A DNA stretch of 64,000 bases, taken from the NCBI RefSeq assembly GCF_009914755.1, contig NC_060929.1. One strand, given 5' to 3'. The notes below the pieces were generated by a model, which was not told the DNA's origin, ran no database searches, and saw only the letters and a list, made by a program, of their open reading frames with translations. Made by a program: the position numbers and the translations under genes. Source of the stretch: the human T2T-CHM13v2.0 reference genome, Homo sapiens. Within the stretch, counting starts at the first letter, position 1. Every line of letters starts with the position of its first letter. Positions 1 through 17,834 of this stretch are shown piece by piece.

Positions 1-226
1 TAGAAGTTTTCTTTTTTTATTATTATACTTTAAGTTTTAGGGTACATGTGCACAACGTGCAGGTTTCTTACATATGTATACATGTGCCATGTTGGTGTGC
101 TGCAACCATTAACTCATCATTTAACATTAGGTATATCTCCTAATGCTATCCCTCCCCCGTCCCCCCACCCCACAACAGGCTCAGGTATGTGATGTTCCCC
201 TTTCTGTGTCCATGTGTTCTCATTGT

Positions 227-4022
<3,796 letters not shown>

Positions 4023-4085
4023 TATGATGTTAGCTGGTGATTTTGCTCGTTAGTTGATGCAGTTTCTTCCTAGCCTTGATGGTCT

Positions 4086-5097
4086 TTACAATTTGACATG
4101 TTTTTGCAGTGGCTGGTACCAGTTGTTCCTTTCCATGTTTAGTACTTCCTTCAGGAGTTCTTTTAGGGCAGGCCTGGTGGTGACAAAATCTCTCAGCATT
4201 TGCTTGTCTGTAAAGTATTTTATTTCTCCTTCACTTATGAAGCTTAGTTTGGCTGGATATGAAATTCTGGGTTGAAAGTTCGTTTCTTTAAGAATGTTGA
4301 ATATTGGCTCCCACGCTCTTCTGGCTTGTAGAGTTTCTGCCAAGAGATCAGCTGTTAATCTGATGGGCTGCCTTTTGTGGTAACCCGACCTTTCTCTCTG
4401 GCTGCCCTTAACATTTTTTCCTTCATTTCAACTTTGGTGAATCTGACAATTATGTGTCTTGGAGTTGCTCTTCTCGAGGAGTATCTTTGTGGCATTCTGT
4501 GTATTTCCTGAATCTGAATGTTGGCCTGCCTTGCTAGATTGGGGAAGTTCTCCTGGATAATATCCTGCAGAGTGTTTTCCAACTTGGTTCCATTCTCCCC
4601 ATCACTTTCAGGTACACCAATCAGATGTAGATTTGGTCTTTTCACATAGTCCCATATTTCTTGGAGGCTTTGTTCGTTTCTTTTTACTCTTTTTTCTCTA
4701 AACTTCTCTTCTCGCTTCATTTCATTCATTTGATCTTCCATCACTGATACCCTTTCTTCCAGTTGATTGAATAGGCTACTGAGGCTTCTGCATTCGTCAC
4801 GTAGTTCTCATGCCATGGTTTTCAGCTCCATCGGGTCCTTTAAGGACTTCTCTGCATTGGTTACTCTAGTTAGCCATTCGTCTAATCTTTTTTCAAGGTT
4901 TTAAACTTCTTTGCCATGGGTTCAAACTTCCTCCTTTAGCTCGGAGTAGTTTGTCTGAAGCCTTCTTTTCTCAACTCGTCAAAGTCATTCTCTGTCCAGC
5001 TTTGTTCCATTGCTGGTGAGAAGCTGCGTTCCTTTGGAGGAGGAGAGGTGCTCTGATTTTTAGAATTTTCAGTTTTTCTGCTCTGTTTTTTCCCCAT
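4086..5097 (-). pseudogene. ORF1: L1 ORF1p, disrupted
   Basis: Pieces 4355-4744 and 4086-4343 match ORF1p (EIWDYVKRPNL, YPAKLSFISEGEIK); ATG at 5097-5095. Confidence 0.95.
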
Positions 5098-5672
5098 CTT
5101 TGTGGTTTTATCTACCTTTGGTCTTTGTTGATGATGACGTACAGATGGGGTTTTGGTGTGGATGTCCTTTCTGTTTGTTAGTTTTCCTTCTAACCATCAG
5201 GATCCTCAGCTGCAGGTCTGTTGGAGTTTGCTGGAGGTCCACTCCAGACCCTCTTTGCCTGGGCATCAGCAGCAGAGGCTGCAGAACAGCAGATAGTGGT
5301 GAACAGCAAATGTTGCTGCCTGATCTTTCCTCTGGAAGTTTTGTCTCAGAGGAGTACCTGGTCGTGTGAGGTGTCAGTCTGCCCCTACTAGGGGGTGCCT
5401 CCCAGTTAGGCTACTTGGGGTTCGGGGACCCACTAGAGGAGGCATTCTGTCTGTTCTCAGATCTCAAGCTGCATGCTGGGAGAACAACTACTCTTTTCAA
5501 AGCTGTCAGACAGAGCCATTTAAGTCTGCAGAGGTTTTTGTTGCCTTTTGTTTGGCTATGCCCTGCCCCCAGAGGTGGAGTCTACAGAGGCAGGCAGGCC
5601 TCCTTGAGCTGTGCTGGGCTTCACCCAGTTCGAGCTGCCCAGCTGCTTTGTTTACCTACTCAAGCCTGGGCA

Positions 5673-6017
5673 ATGGCGGGAGTCCCTCCCCAAGCCTCAC
5701 TGCTGCCTTGCAGTTTGATCTCAGACTGCTGTGCTAGCAATGAGCGAGGCTCCGTGGGGGTAGGACTCTCTGAGTCAGGCGCGGGATACAATCTCCTGGT
5801 GTGCCATTTGCTAAGACCGTTGGAAAAGTGCAGTATTAGGGTGGGAGTGACCCAATTTTCCAGGTGCCCTCTGTCACCCCTTTCCTTGGCTAGGAAAGAG
5901 AATTCCCTGACCCCTTGTGCTTCCCAGATGAGGCGATGCCTCGCCCTGCTTCGGCTCATACTCAGTGCACTGCACCCACTGTCCTGCACCCACTGTCTGA
6001 CAACCCCAGTGAGATGA
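5673..6017 (+). CDS. ORF0: ORF0-like antisense ORF of the L1PA4 5'UTR, extended to 114 aa
   Basis: MAGVPPQASLLPCSLISDCCASNERGSVGVG... inside track ORF 5415-6017 aligns with ORF0 through FSRC, then runs on. Translation not shown. Confidence 0.55.
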   Translation: MAGVPPQASLLPCSLISDCCASNERGSVGVGLSESGAGYNLLVCHLLRPLEKCSIRVGVTQFSRCPLSPLSLARKENSLTPCASQMRRCLALLRLILSALHPLSCTHCLTTPVR

Positions 6018-7001
6018 ACCTGGTACCTCAGTTGGAAATGCAGAAATCATTCATCTTCTGCATCGCTCACACTGGAAGATGTAGACTAGAGCTGTTCCTA
6101 TTCAGCCCAGAAACAGAGTCTCTAGAAGTTTTCTATGAGCACCAAACATGGCATTTGTAATTTGCAATGTCTCTAGGATTTTTGCATAACAGTACTTTAA
6201 AAAGAGTCATTTCATTGGACGATGGAGCTAGAGGATTTATTTTAAAGATGAATTTTCATAGCAAGCATATTCTATTTGCAAAATTATAGAGTGATGATTA
6301 GTAGGATGCTAACTTGCTGCCACTGATTGCTATGTGGATAATGTTCTGACATATTTTACTTTACTTTTCAGTCTAATTCATATTAATCTATGACTATTAA
6401 TCTTCTATTAACTTTTAGCATTTTCAACTAAATAGATCTTTCTAATTTGTTAATCTTAGATATCACACAATGACCTGTGTCAAAAGCAATTGCAACTTTT
6501 TTTTCCACGAACCTGCCTGCTATCTCTTTCCATTCTGTATTCTGCAGAAGTCTGTGTTACAGTATACCTTGATGACTGATATTCCATGAATCAACTGCTA
6601 TATTATGTTGTAAATGGCAAATTATTTAGCATAGGTGAGTTGTCTCCAATATGGCACCTTGTAAAGTATTAGTGGAGGTGATGATTCCAATTATGAAAAT
6701 ATTTTGCAACTGTAAAATCCACTAAGCTACATGGCAAGTCACTTGTCTCCATTCAGTAATAATTCCTAGTATGTATTTAGCAACTACTATAAGTCAGGCA
6801 CTGTTTAAATACCTACTTAAAGCTGTTAACCCTGACAAAAACTTTTAGGACGGTAGTAGTATTTTCCCAAACAATTAAAAGGCTACATAATTTGCCTTAA
6901 AGCTACCATGAAGTAATGGTTGAGTCAAGAGTCATATCCCAGCAGTTTATTCCAGAAACTCTTATGCTATATGCAATTTGCACAGTTAAAGTGGCAGCTT
7001 G

Positions 7002-7341
<340 letters not shown>

Positions 7342-7471
7342 TTAATTTATCTCCTCGACTTCTCCCTCATCTCATCCACTCTGGCTTCACGAGTTTGGGA
7401 ACAGTCTTCTTTTCCACTTCTATCCATCACATCTTGTTGGAGCCACTAGGCCTTTAGAGTAGAAGAAACAT

Positions 7472-7483
7472 TCTCTCTCTCTA

Positions 7484-7518
<35 letters not shown>

Positions 7519-7525
7519 AACACAC
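7472..7525 (+). repeat. Compound (TC)n(CA)n microsatellite
   Basis: TCTCTC... followed directly by CACACA... Confidence 0.95.
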
Positions 7526-10500
7526 CATTTACCTAGAGCACTCTTCCCTACATTCTGTGCTTTCACATCCCCATCTCGAATCCCAGTTATTATTACTTTG
7601 GAAGCAACTTACTAGTAGAAACATAATGTTTTTTGTTTGGGAACATTTGGGAATGAATCAATACCGTATGGTTCTCAATCACAAATGTCACACGGACATT
7701 AAAACACACCAATCCAGAGATACTGGAACAATTGTTTTGGAGCATTAAGAAATAAAGGCTGACTCAGCTGAAAGTCTTCAGAAAAAGACAGGGAAAAGGG
7801 ACCTTCGATAAGCACTCTTGTCATGTTTCTCCAATATCTTGCAAGTTTGCAATATTCTTAGAAATGTTAGGATGTCACTATCAAAAATAGGTATTTTAAA
7901 TTCTTTCAAATATCTTTACAGGTTTGGCTCACCTAAATCCTTGTGCTGATACGAGTCAGGATTAGGCATCCAAATATTTAGGGAAAGACAAGAGAGCCTA
8001 GATGTACAAGGGATATAATCACAATACTCAGATTTTATTTGGAAATTGGAAGTACTAAGCTACTGTGCTTTTTTATGGAAATTTTTATAAATCCAATGCA
8101 GCCATGTCCAAGACTGTAAAGCTTTTAACCATACTGCAGACATTCTGATAGTCTTTATTTGTTTATTCTAACTCTCTTGTTTAGTTTATATGTTTTCTCA
8201 AAGCCTTTTTGTTTTCTTCCTTCTGTATGTCCAAACTGTATCTACCATTCAAAACCAGTTTTTCTTACCACTTCCTTTATGGAGTTGTATGCAGATCTTT
8301 ATGTTCACATCAGTTCTTCTTCATAAGAAATTCTTGAGCACTTCATTGCCTCTACTTAAAATATAACACTATATCTACTATAACAAAAATCTTTAACTCT
8401 TTTTATTGGAATCCTGCTTTTAGCTTTTCTGACATGTCTCAAAGGATATAATACCATGTTTAACACTGAGTATGACCTCAATCAATATATCGTAAGTTTA
8501 ATTTAATTTTTTAAATGTTGCTAATCTTCCATATTTGGGAGCATTATAAGGTAACAATTGCAATTTTTCTGATCATATTGTTTTAGCAAGATTGTATGTC
8601 ATGTACTTGAGTAATAATTTACTCTGAAGAATGCTGATGATGAAGTAATACATATATTTATCAATTGCCTTCTTCAATGGGAAGGCAAGGCTTTATTGAA
8701 ATATAAACTAACTTGGTTATTACATTTGAATTTCAAAAAAAAACATCGTCAATTTGTACTTTTGAAAGTTGGAATTTTTTAAAAAGCAAATTGGGATGTC
8801 TTCCAGTGAAAATCACTTTGGAAGGCATTAAGAATGGAGAGTTTGCACTGATCTTCGACTTAGAAAATACTCACTTTAAAGAACAGTCACAAACAATTAT
8901 CATAAAACTAATTTCACCAATTCTAGTTCTCTGGATTATTATTAAAACAAATGGAAGCATCTATTGGAACTGAGAAACTAAGAACAAATTTCTGACATAT
9001 TCAATCTGCAGGCCTCTAAGCCAGTGGACATCGACTTCATTTAAAAAATGAGCGAGTTTATCTAACAATGTCAAATTGCCAATCAAGTTGTTATTCATCT
9101 ATCTAGAATTGTCAAGTTTGATAAGAAAAGCAATTGTCAAAAGAAAGAGAAGTAATAAGAATCATGAAGGCCGCTGCTAAATTGGCCATTTGAAAGTGCA
9201 GTCCATAAAAAAGTGTTCCATAGGGTACTTCTCATGCCCATCTTTATTTCCTTACCTGAAACTAAGATCTACCTAAAAGTAAACTTTCTCTTGAATCTTA
9301 AGCTCTGAGCACAGGATTTCTTGGGCTCAAGTCTTGGTCTTTTCTTATGAAAGTTTTTATTTGTAGAAATGGGGCAATTGTGACACTTCCATATGCATCA
9401 TCATATCCTATAATAAAGTAAAATGTAGCACTATCCTTGTATGCAGCTACCATGCTCTTTGTCAGAAACCTATATCACATTTCCTCTTCCAGCTATGAGT
9501 TAATTAAAATCAGTCATATTCTCTCATATCTGCTCAAGATCTACTGTTTCTGAAAATAACTTAAATAATTTTGTTATTTAAAAAATATATACATACATCA
9601 CTCTGTATTTTTAATGGAGGGTGTTAGGTCTGTCATCATGGATATTTAAACTGAACAATTAATTTTCATGGGAGAACAGAACCTCAAAAGGATGCATAAA
9701 GTTAACAGGTATGTATGGTTTCTATCATTTGTGTGTTAGAGCTAATTAGTGCCAGCATGAGCTATTAGCAAAAGATAATAGTATCCTGACTGTAATATGT
9801 GTTTCTTATGATAAACTGATTCCAGCATTAACCACTGGTCCTCTGTCACCACTAGATATGCGTTTGTTCCAAAACTGAAGGGGATTATTATATTAGAGTT
9901 TTAAAAGACAATCAAACAAATAAAATTGGTCAAATATACTTCCACATTTCCCAGATAATAAAAAATTAAATAACATTTTGTCTTTTATCTAAAAGCTTTA
10001 ATAATGCATTATATAAGCAACCTTTAAAAAAAAGAGTTCACCTCTTTCCTTTGGCCTCAGCTAAATTTCCCAATGAGTAATGTATCATCCAAACATATTT
10101 TAGAAAATTAGGCTTTGCATTCCATTATGCATTTGGACATTTATAGCCTGATGATAAACCTGTCTGTACCTCTGAGGGTTGAACTTATAAATCAGTGCAT
10201 CCTGTAAAAAATATTACACTCCTATTTGAAATTATTGGGGTTCTATATCTTGTTCTTTTGTCTCCTCCAAAGAAATATTAATTCCCGGAAAGGGAAAAGA
10301 TACAAATATTTGATTTAGAGAAAAAGGTTCTTTCTTTTATTAGATAGTGAGTTACATGGGTGTCCTTCTGGAACTCTGGATTATTTACTACATTCTCCAC
10401 TAATAAAAGACCCAGAATAATAGTTTCTCCCACATGTAGAAACCTTATTGACATGATCCCTACAACTTCCTAAGTTACTTTAGGAATATAACTTGAATAA

Positions 10501-10555
10501 GAAGGTAGTGAAATATGCTATTCATTTGCCATCTCTGTAGCTAAAAGAAATGAAA

Positions 10556-11111
10556 TGTGCAGAAAAAAATAGTTAATCAGGCCTGGGTTTCTCAAACCCT
10601 GCATATTCCAAAAAAAAGGTCTGCTTTCAGGATTAGTCCTAGGCCTGGCTTTTTGGCAAGGACCTCTGAGCTCTCAGTATATTCTGCCTGACAGGAGTAT
10701 TTTTTGCATGCCTGAGGCCTTGAGCCACACTATATCAGTGTGGAAGCTGGAGTCTAAGTAGTCATGCAGGTACTGCATAACAACCTGACTAATTCCCCAG
10801 TTAAAACCCCAGACACCAAAGCTTGGGTGAGCTTCCCTGTTTGGCAACACTTTGCGCATTTAGTCATGTCTTATTTCGGAATTAACACATCCCCCATGCA
10901 AATGCACTGAGAGGGGAACTAGAAGCTTGCAACTGGTTTCCCCTGGATTTTGTCCCATGAACCTTTTGTACTTGCTGATTCTAATCTTCATACTTTTCTT
11001 ATAATAAACCACAATTGTGAATATGACAGCTTTTCAGAATCCTATGAGTCCTTCAATCCTAAAGCCGCAGGAATGATCAAACCTGAGGATGGTCATAGGG
11101 ACTCACAAACA
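10556..11111 (+). mobile_element. ERVL-class solo LTR (MER77/MER21/MER68 group)
   Basis: TG...CA ends, GGGTGAGCTTCCCTGTTTGGCAACACT motif, AATAAACC and AAACCTGAGGATGGTCATAGGGAC end typical of this group (recognised from memory). Confidence 0.7.
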
Positions 11112-12837
11112 AAATCTAATGCCAGTTTTCAAGAGAAATAAGTGCATTTATTTCAGTCAGGTCCACGTTAATCTACGGTGGGATTCCTACTCAGGATTAG
11201 AGGCTTACCCAGCCATTTTGCAGGCTTCTCTAACTGTTCACCAAGCCTGTTGGCATGGCCATGTTGTGCCTTCTGCCATACTCCACACTGTGGTATGGGT
11301 GCACTCCTCAACTTGCTGACATACATAAGGGCTTATCTGTCCTCAGAAACAATGGGAATAAGTCTCTGCTTCAGAGTGATTCAGGACTAATCACAAATAA
11401 GATAATATAATTCCCATTTACAAAGAGTAGAATTTGGGAATTTCAGGATACATAAATTCCACCAAAAATCTTCATTAAAGCTAGAATTGAAGAGTCCCTT
11501 ATTAATGACTTAAAAAAATACTCTGCTGTCTCTCTAAAGTTGAGAGTAAGCCATCATTTCATTATGCTATTTAGGCAGTATCAGGATTTTTCTAAATGAC
11601 TTTATTTCAACTGGATATATGCTTCTTTGATCTTATATAGCACATCTGCTCCTTTAATTTTACGCATAAATGTTACACATTCAGAGACTACTTTATTTAG
11701 ACTCAATTATAGGAATCTTTCACACTAAAAGTTGATCCTCAAGTCTCATTGAAAATAAAAGAATATTGATCATTTATTCTAATTAAAAGATGTTCTTAAA
11801 AATCATAGGTAGCATTCAGTGATTCTAAATGGTATCAATTATTATTTTTACTGTGTTGCTGTTGTTAAGTTTGTTGATTTTTCTAAGTTGAGTAAAAAAT
11901 TATGATATCTCTCAAAAGATCCTGAAAGAATTTGCCAGGCCAAACTAAGATTGAGTACCAGTAAAATGAATTTGAAATTAAACTTCATAACATCATAATT
12001 TTTTTAAAGCCTAGATCTAAGTTTCCAAGTATAAGCAGAAAAACAGAAAAGAAAAATCTTCCTCCTTCTGCCAAAAATAAACAACCTAGTGGTTATTTAA
12101 ACATTAATATTAATAAATAAAAGTAATAATAATTAATGATTGGTATGGTTACATATAGCCAACCTCCTTTCATCAATTCTGTTTTTGATACATTTGTATA
12201 AAGTCAAGCCTATAGCTATAAAGGAATAAAATTATGGTTATATCTGGGAAATGGTGAGGGTGTTTCCATTTATATAAGAAAAGAGGAAAGTCTTACAATT
12301 CAGGGATAGGAAGCTATGATTTACATAATGAACATGGCAAAGAGACCTATAAAGAAATAAGACTTAGATGGCAGAAAATCACATTGGCTTTACTCCAAGA
12401 TACCAGGCACATCCCTGGAAAATTCTGATGTGCCGGAATATAACAGTATGTACTTTTCCCAGAGCCAGAATCAGTGCAATATTTGGCTTTCCTACTTACA
12501 CTTGGAACATTGGATTCTTTTTCTCAGATCCATCAGGGTTCCATTTATGTTTAGCACCTGCATGCAGCCCAGGGGCTCTAAAAAGCCATTTTATGTATGG
12601 ATATGAATTGCTTAACAATATAGTCGTTTCACAACTTAAATGGATTCATTTTGATAATCTTCAACCCCTTTAATATCCAGCAATCATGAGAATTAAAGTG
12701 TTAGACAATTGTAATAACCCCTTTTAAAATAAGTTTTTACAAATTTTACCATCATAAATAGGGAGAAATTGCTATCAATGTGATTTATATACAATGATAG
12801 AAATTTATCAAATAGTCAAAGCCAAGCCACTATATGT

Positions 12838-13068
12838 AACCAGGGTTAAGAACCGAAATTCTAAAGTGTGAATCCCAGCTCTACCATTTACTAGCTCTGT
12901 GATACTTACTAAATAATATAATTTCTTGAAACACCAGTTTTTTCATCTTTAAATAAGGGTAATAATTTGTGCTAACTTGTAAAAGTAAGGTGAAATTGAA
13001 AAGAGCATGATCGATGTAAAATGTTTTCTCATAGGGGTTGGTTCATAATAAGTGTTCAGTGAAAGTTA
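12838..13068 (+). mobile_element. MIR
   Basis: GAATCCCAGCTCTACCATTTACTAGCT and CAGTTTTTTCATCTTTAAA core motifs. Confidence 0.7.
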
Positions 13069-13270
13069 ATGTGGTGGGTTAGAAGCTTTGAATGTGGAAA
13101 GCCCACACCCCTCCCTATCTCTCTTTGCCAGTAAAATGTGAACTAGATGGGAAAATAGAACTAAATTCATGTATGAAAATTCCCAAAAGAGAATGATAAA
13201 ATCTAACAAAGAATTTTTCTTCACTCTTTGGAGCAGAAGAAGGGATTGAGGGTGCAAAATAGCAGGGACA

Positions 13271-13574
13271 GGCCGGCCATAGTGGCTCATGCCTGTAATC
13301 CCAACCCTTTGGGAAGCCAAGGTAGATGGATTGCTTGAGCCCAAGAGTTGGAGACCAGCCTGGACAACATATCAAAACCCCATCTCTACTAAAAATGCAA
13401 AAAATTAGCTAGGTATGGTGGCATGCACCTGTGGTTCCAGCTACTCAGGAGGCTGAGGTGGGAGGGTCACCTGAGCCCAGGAAATCGAGACTGCAGTAAG
13501 CTGTGATCGCATCACTCCACTCCAGCCTGCACAATAGGAGTGAGACCCTGTCTTAAAAAAAAAAAAAAAAAAAA
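13271..13574 (+). mobile_element. Alu (AluJ-type)
   Basis: GATTGCTTGAGCCCAAG and GAGTGAGACCCTGTCT J-type sites; TSD AAAATAGCAGGGACA/AAAGTAACAGGGACA. Confidence 0.93.
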
Positions 13575-13878
13575 GTAACAGGGACAGGTGTGCATGGATA
13601 AGAGTGGTACAATGGGATAAGAAAATGAGAGATTCCCAAGAGCTGGGAATGTCAGAAAATAGAAAAGCATAAGAGATTTAACGTGTTAATGTTGACAGAA
13701 CCACTGGATTCTCATTAATTGAGAGAAATATGAATAAAGATTGAAATTTTTACCTGAAACTTATTTTTGGTTTGTGCTTTTTGTTTGTTTGTTCATTTGC
13801 TTGCTTTGATTGTTTGTTTTTTGTTTTTTCATGCACCATATTCCAGGAATGGATTTTGGTAGTCACACATTACAGAAG

Positions 13879-14265
13879 TGTTGAGGGCTGAATTGTGGCA
13901 CTCCAAAATCATGTGTTGAAGTCCTAACTCCTAGAACCTCAGGCTGTATTTGAAGACAGGATCTTCAAAGAGGTGATTAAATTAAAATGAAAGCATTAGG
14001 GTGGGCCCTAATCCAATCTGACTTGTGTTTTTGAAAGAAGGGGAAATTTAGAAGGAAAGACACCAGGGATTTGCCCACACCATGAAAAGACCACATGAAG
14101 GCACAGAGAGAAAGAAGCCATCTACAAGCCAAGGAGAGAGGCCTTACAAGAAACCAAAACTGCCAACACTTTGATCTTGGACTTCTGGCCTCTAGAACTG
14201 TGATAAAATAAATGTCTGTTGATTAAACCACCCAGTCTGTGGTATTTTATATCAAACCTAAGACA
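13879..14265 (+). mobile_element. MaLR solo LTR (MLT1A/B-like)
   Basis: GTTGAAGTCCTAACTCC, GGGTGGGCCCTAATCCAATCTGAC, AAGCCAAGGAGAGAGGCC, CCCAGTCTGTGGTATTTT; ends in AAGACA. Confidence 0.88.
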
Positions 14266-14309
14266 AGTTGTAAGCATGTATATTAACTATAAAGGGACAA
14301 TATGCTTAC

Positions 14310-14555
14310 TGGTTAAAGTTGTGAGATACAGAGTTTGCCTCGAATCAGACTGGTTGTGTTTGAATTCTGGTTCCCTACTTTCTGGTTGTATGACTTTAAA
14401 CAGATTACATATTTTCTTCATGCCTCAATTTTTTCATCTACAAAAGAATGGGTATTATAATGCTGTCAACCTCATTTGATTGTTGTAAGGCTTAAATGAG
14501 ATAAAAAGTAATACAGCAGTGACTGTCATAGAGTATTGATCCATAATTTTAACTA
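14310..14555 (+). mobile_element. MIR
   Basis: TTTGAATTCTGG...TGCCTCAATTTTTTCATCT...TTGTTGTAAGGCTTAAATGAGATAA. Confidence 0.7.
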
Positions 14556-14944
14556 TTTTAATGAGCTATTATAATTATTTTTAAGGATTCTTTGTCCTTC
14601 TAACCTTCGGCATGTTCATTTCTCATGGCAATGTTGTGGAGTCCCTGGGTCAACAGAAGCAATTTTAGCTATGAAACAATTACAAGGAACAGCTTACTCC
14701 AAGTCACATGTATCTACAGATCCTCATTCATTGGGGTTACAGTGAGAAGCAGTCTTCTCATTTGATAATCTCCAAAGGTTGGGATTCACTGGAGAAAATG
14801 TATCCAGTAAAGAAATTTGAATAAAAATCAAGTTAGGGAAGCAAGAGAGAGTATTGCACTTTAATTTTCTAAATTCTGACATTCTGAAATATATTTGTTG
14901 CATACTATTTTTAATAACTAGTTTTTACTGTTCTATTATTAGTT

Positions 14945-15158
14945 GGCAGTACTAGACACTGCTCTAAGTGCTTTACATATATTAACTCATTTCATCTTCA
15001 TTATAAGCATATGAAATAGACATCAATTATAATGAGGAGACTGAGTTACCAAGAGGCTCAATAATATGTTCAAGGTTAGAGAGCTAGCAAGTGGCAGTCA
15101 GAATTTGAATGCTGGTGGTCTGGGGCCAGAGTCTGCTCTTACCTACTCTCTATACTAC
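14945..15158 (-). mobile_element. MIR
   Basis: CTAAGTGCTTTACATATATTAACTCATTT...ATGAGGAGACTGAG...CAAGGT...AGCTAGCAAGTGGCAG. Confidence 0.75.
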
Positions 15159-15562
15159 CGCAAAAGTTTATTAGGCAGATAATTGTTTTTCTCAAATATA
15201 TCTAACACAAAGTGTCTATTCTCAGGATGACACAATACTGTCAATTATTATGAAAAAAAGTGGTATGAGTCATTCATTTGAACATTAAACAAATATATCA
15301 CAGTGGTTAAAAACAAGATCTCTGCCCTTAGGCTTGTATCCCCGATCTATGTAAACTTAGGTACATTATATAAGTGGATCTATATAAAACTATTGGGGAT
15401 CATTTTCAAAATAATATGAGCAAAGGTAACCATATAAGAAAAACCGATTATATACCAGGAACATGGCTGCACAGTTTTCCTAGATTATACAGGGTGCACT
15501 TTAAGTACTAGAAATAATTCTAGAAAGATAGGGTTGGGGTTTGCTTAAAAAGACCCTTGATT

Positions 15563-15864
<302 letters not shown>

Positions 15865-16291
15865 TCACAACAGGTTCTTGAGCAGGAGATTAAATTTTTC
15901 AGGGTGACCTGAATGGGATGTGCAGAAGAGACTGAATATGGAGGTTAAGTAAAGCAGGAACACCATTACAATATTTTCAGAAATTAGACAGTAGGAATAC
16001 GAACTTGGTTTGTTCCAATAACCAGGTAAATACAGACAATAATAAAAAAAAGTGTTGCACAAGAAAAGTCAGATTTGCCTACTCATTAGATGGGAGTAGA
16101 AAGTAAGAATGAAATAAGACTAAAAAAAAAAAAAAAAACTGAGGTTCTGTGAGTCTGAGTTCCTTGGCTCATTCAAGTGCTCATAAGAGAAAATGATAGG
16201 AGGAGAAGTCTATGAAATATCACTGCAGTTTGTTTCCCATCCATGTAAATACATTTCAGATACATCTACCTTTGGAAACTAAAGACTGTCC

Positions 16292-16838
16292 ATATAAGGT
16301 CCTAATGATTTTGTGAGGCTAAGCAGCAAACGTAAGAAGCTATGTTTGCTCATTTCTCCTTGCCCGCATGATTTTACAAAGCCCCTGACTCTGTGAGAAC
16401 ATACAGCTCTCCAGAAGCATGCTTTGAAGACAAAACAGGATAGAGCAAACAGCCCCAAAATGTTTCTTGCCTGAATCACTACATTCCTTAGAAGTTAAAT
16501 GATCCTCGTCTTTGCCTTTTCCTATACATAAAATAACATCGGACGGGGTTAGCGATTATGCTTCTTAATCTATAACCAGATGCACTCTTACATGTAAACT
16601 TTGATGTGACGCTGCTTTAATGTAACTTCTGAGCAAGTTTGACATGTTTTGGCATGCACCGAACCTCCAACACCTGTATGTATGCAGTGGGCTGAAACAG
16701 TGTGTCCTGTGCCCAAGCAGACTAACCTTTCTACAGGTCTCCGGATCCCAGGCTAGAGATCTCAGTCTATAGCCCTCAATAAGACTTCTGAATCAAACTA
16801 ACCTTAATTCTTTAAAAGCTTGATTTATCCTTTAGCAA
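16292..16838 (+). mobile_element. ERV1-class solo LTR (MER34/MER39-like)
   Basis: GCTTTGAAGACAAAACAGGATAGAGC and 3' AAACTAACCTTAATTCTTTAAAAGCTTGATTT resemble MER34-group LTRs; boundaries approximate. Confidence 0.6.
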
Positions 16839-17834
16839 CTCTTTAAAACAACAGGGACCAGGAAGAAACACCTTTGAATTAAAGATATATAAATTCACCA
16901 TTATTTGATTTTAAGTGAGCCAACTTAAGCATAAAATGAGATTGTTCCTTCAGGCAAACCACTTGCTATTGACACAAATGGTTATTTGACAAGGGATTTA
17001 GAGAAAGAAAAAAAAAAAAAGAAAGGCAGAAGAAAAAACTAAAATGTAAACACTGCTTTAATCCTCTTTCTTTTTGCTTTTTGCTAGGTGCTTTACAAAT
17101 TGTGAGTTAATACTGAGTATTTTCAGACTTTTAAAAACACTTACTTGATATTAAATGTTTCTAGATGCACATTGCTCTGGGTCAAATTTCCAAGTTTTAT
17201 ATTTGTTCAGATAATATAATTTAGATGACTTGGGAATTACTCTTCAAATTCTAGCTGGCTTTAAAACACCAATATCAACTTAATAGGATTTTACTGAATT
17301 TTAAGAATTTCAGAGACGTGAGATTTTTTCAGAGACACTGAAGATTCTCTTCAAAATCTGCAGCAGAATCTCCAGAGTTGTTTTTGTTTTTTTGTTGTTG
17401 TTGTTTCTGTTTTTTTTCTAATAAGTCATTATGCATCTACAGAAGCCAGCATATTCTCGGGAGTTTTAACAGATGACATTCTTTACTTTGCCAGCAAACT
17501 ACTCCAGGATGCATAACAGACCAATGAATTACTCCAGCAGCGCACTAAATGGGGACCTGAAAAAAGTTAATGCACTTTTGTACATGCCAAATTTTTACAA
17601 AGTGGCCTACTTAAAAAAACAGATGACAACCTAGAGTACTAAACAAATTAAATTTCTTAATAACAAATATTACTTAACAATATAAAAGTAACAAAGGAAA
17701 GCAAATACACTTTGAAAAAATGTGGGTTTTTTTTGTTTTGTTTCTGGGGTTTTGTTTTTTGTTTTTTGTTTTTGACTTCTCAGGGAAAAGCAATCTGATA
17801 AAACCATTAAAACCTTCCCCCCACTCCCGAACTT

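Noticed and set aside
12495-12590. Possible minus-strand exon (TTTTTAG acceptor, GTAAGT donor)
   Set aside because: Two frames are open but neither peptide is recognisable; such splice-like pairs arise by chance.
17528-17556. Possible CTCF motif CCAGCAGCGCAC
   Set aside because: Poor match to the core consensus.
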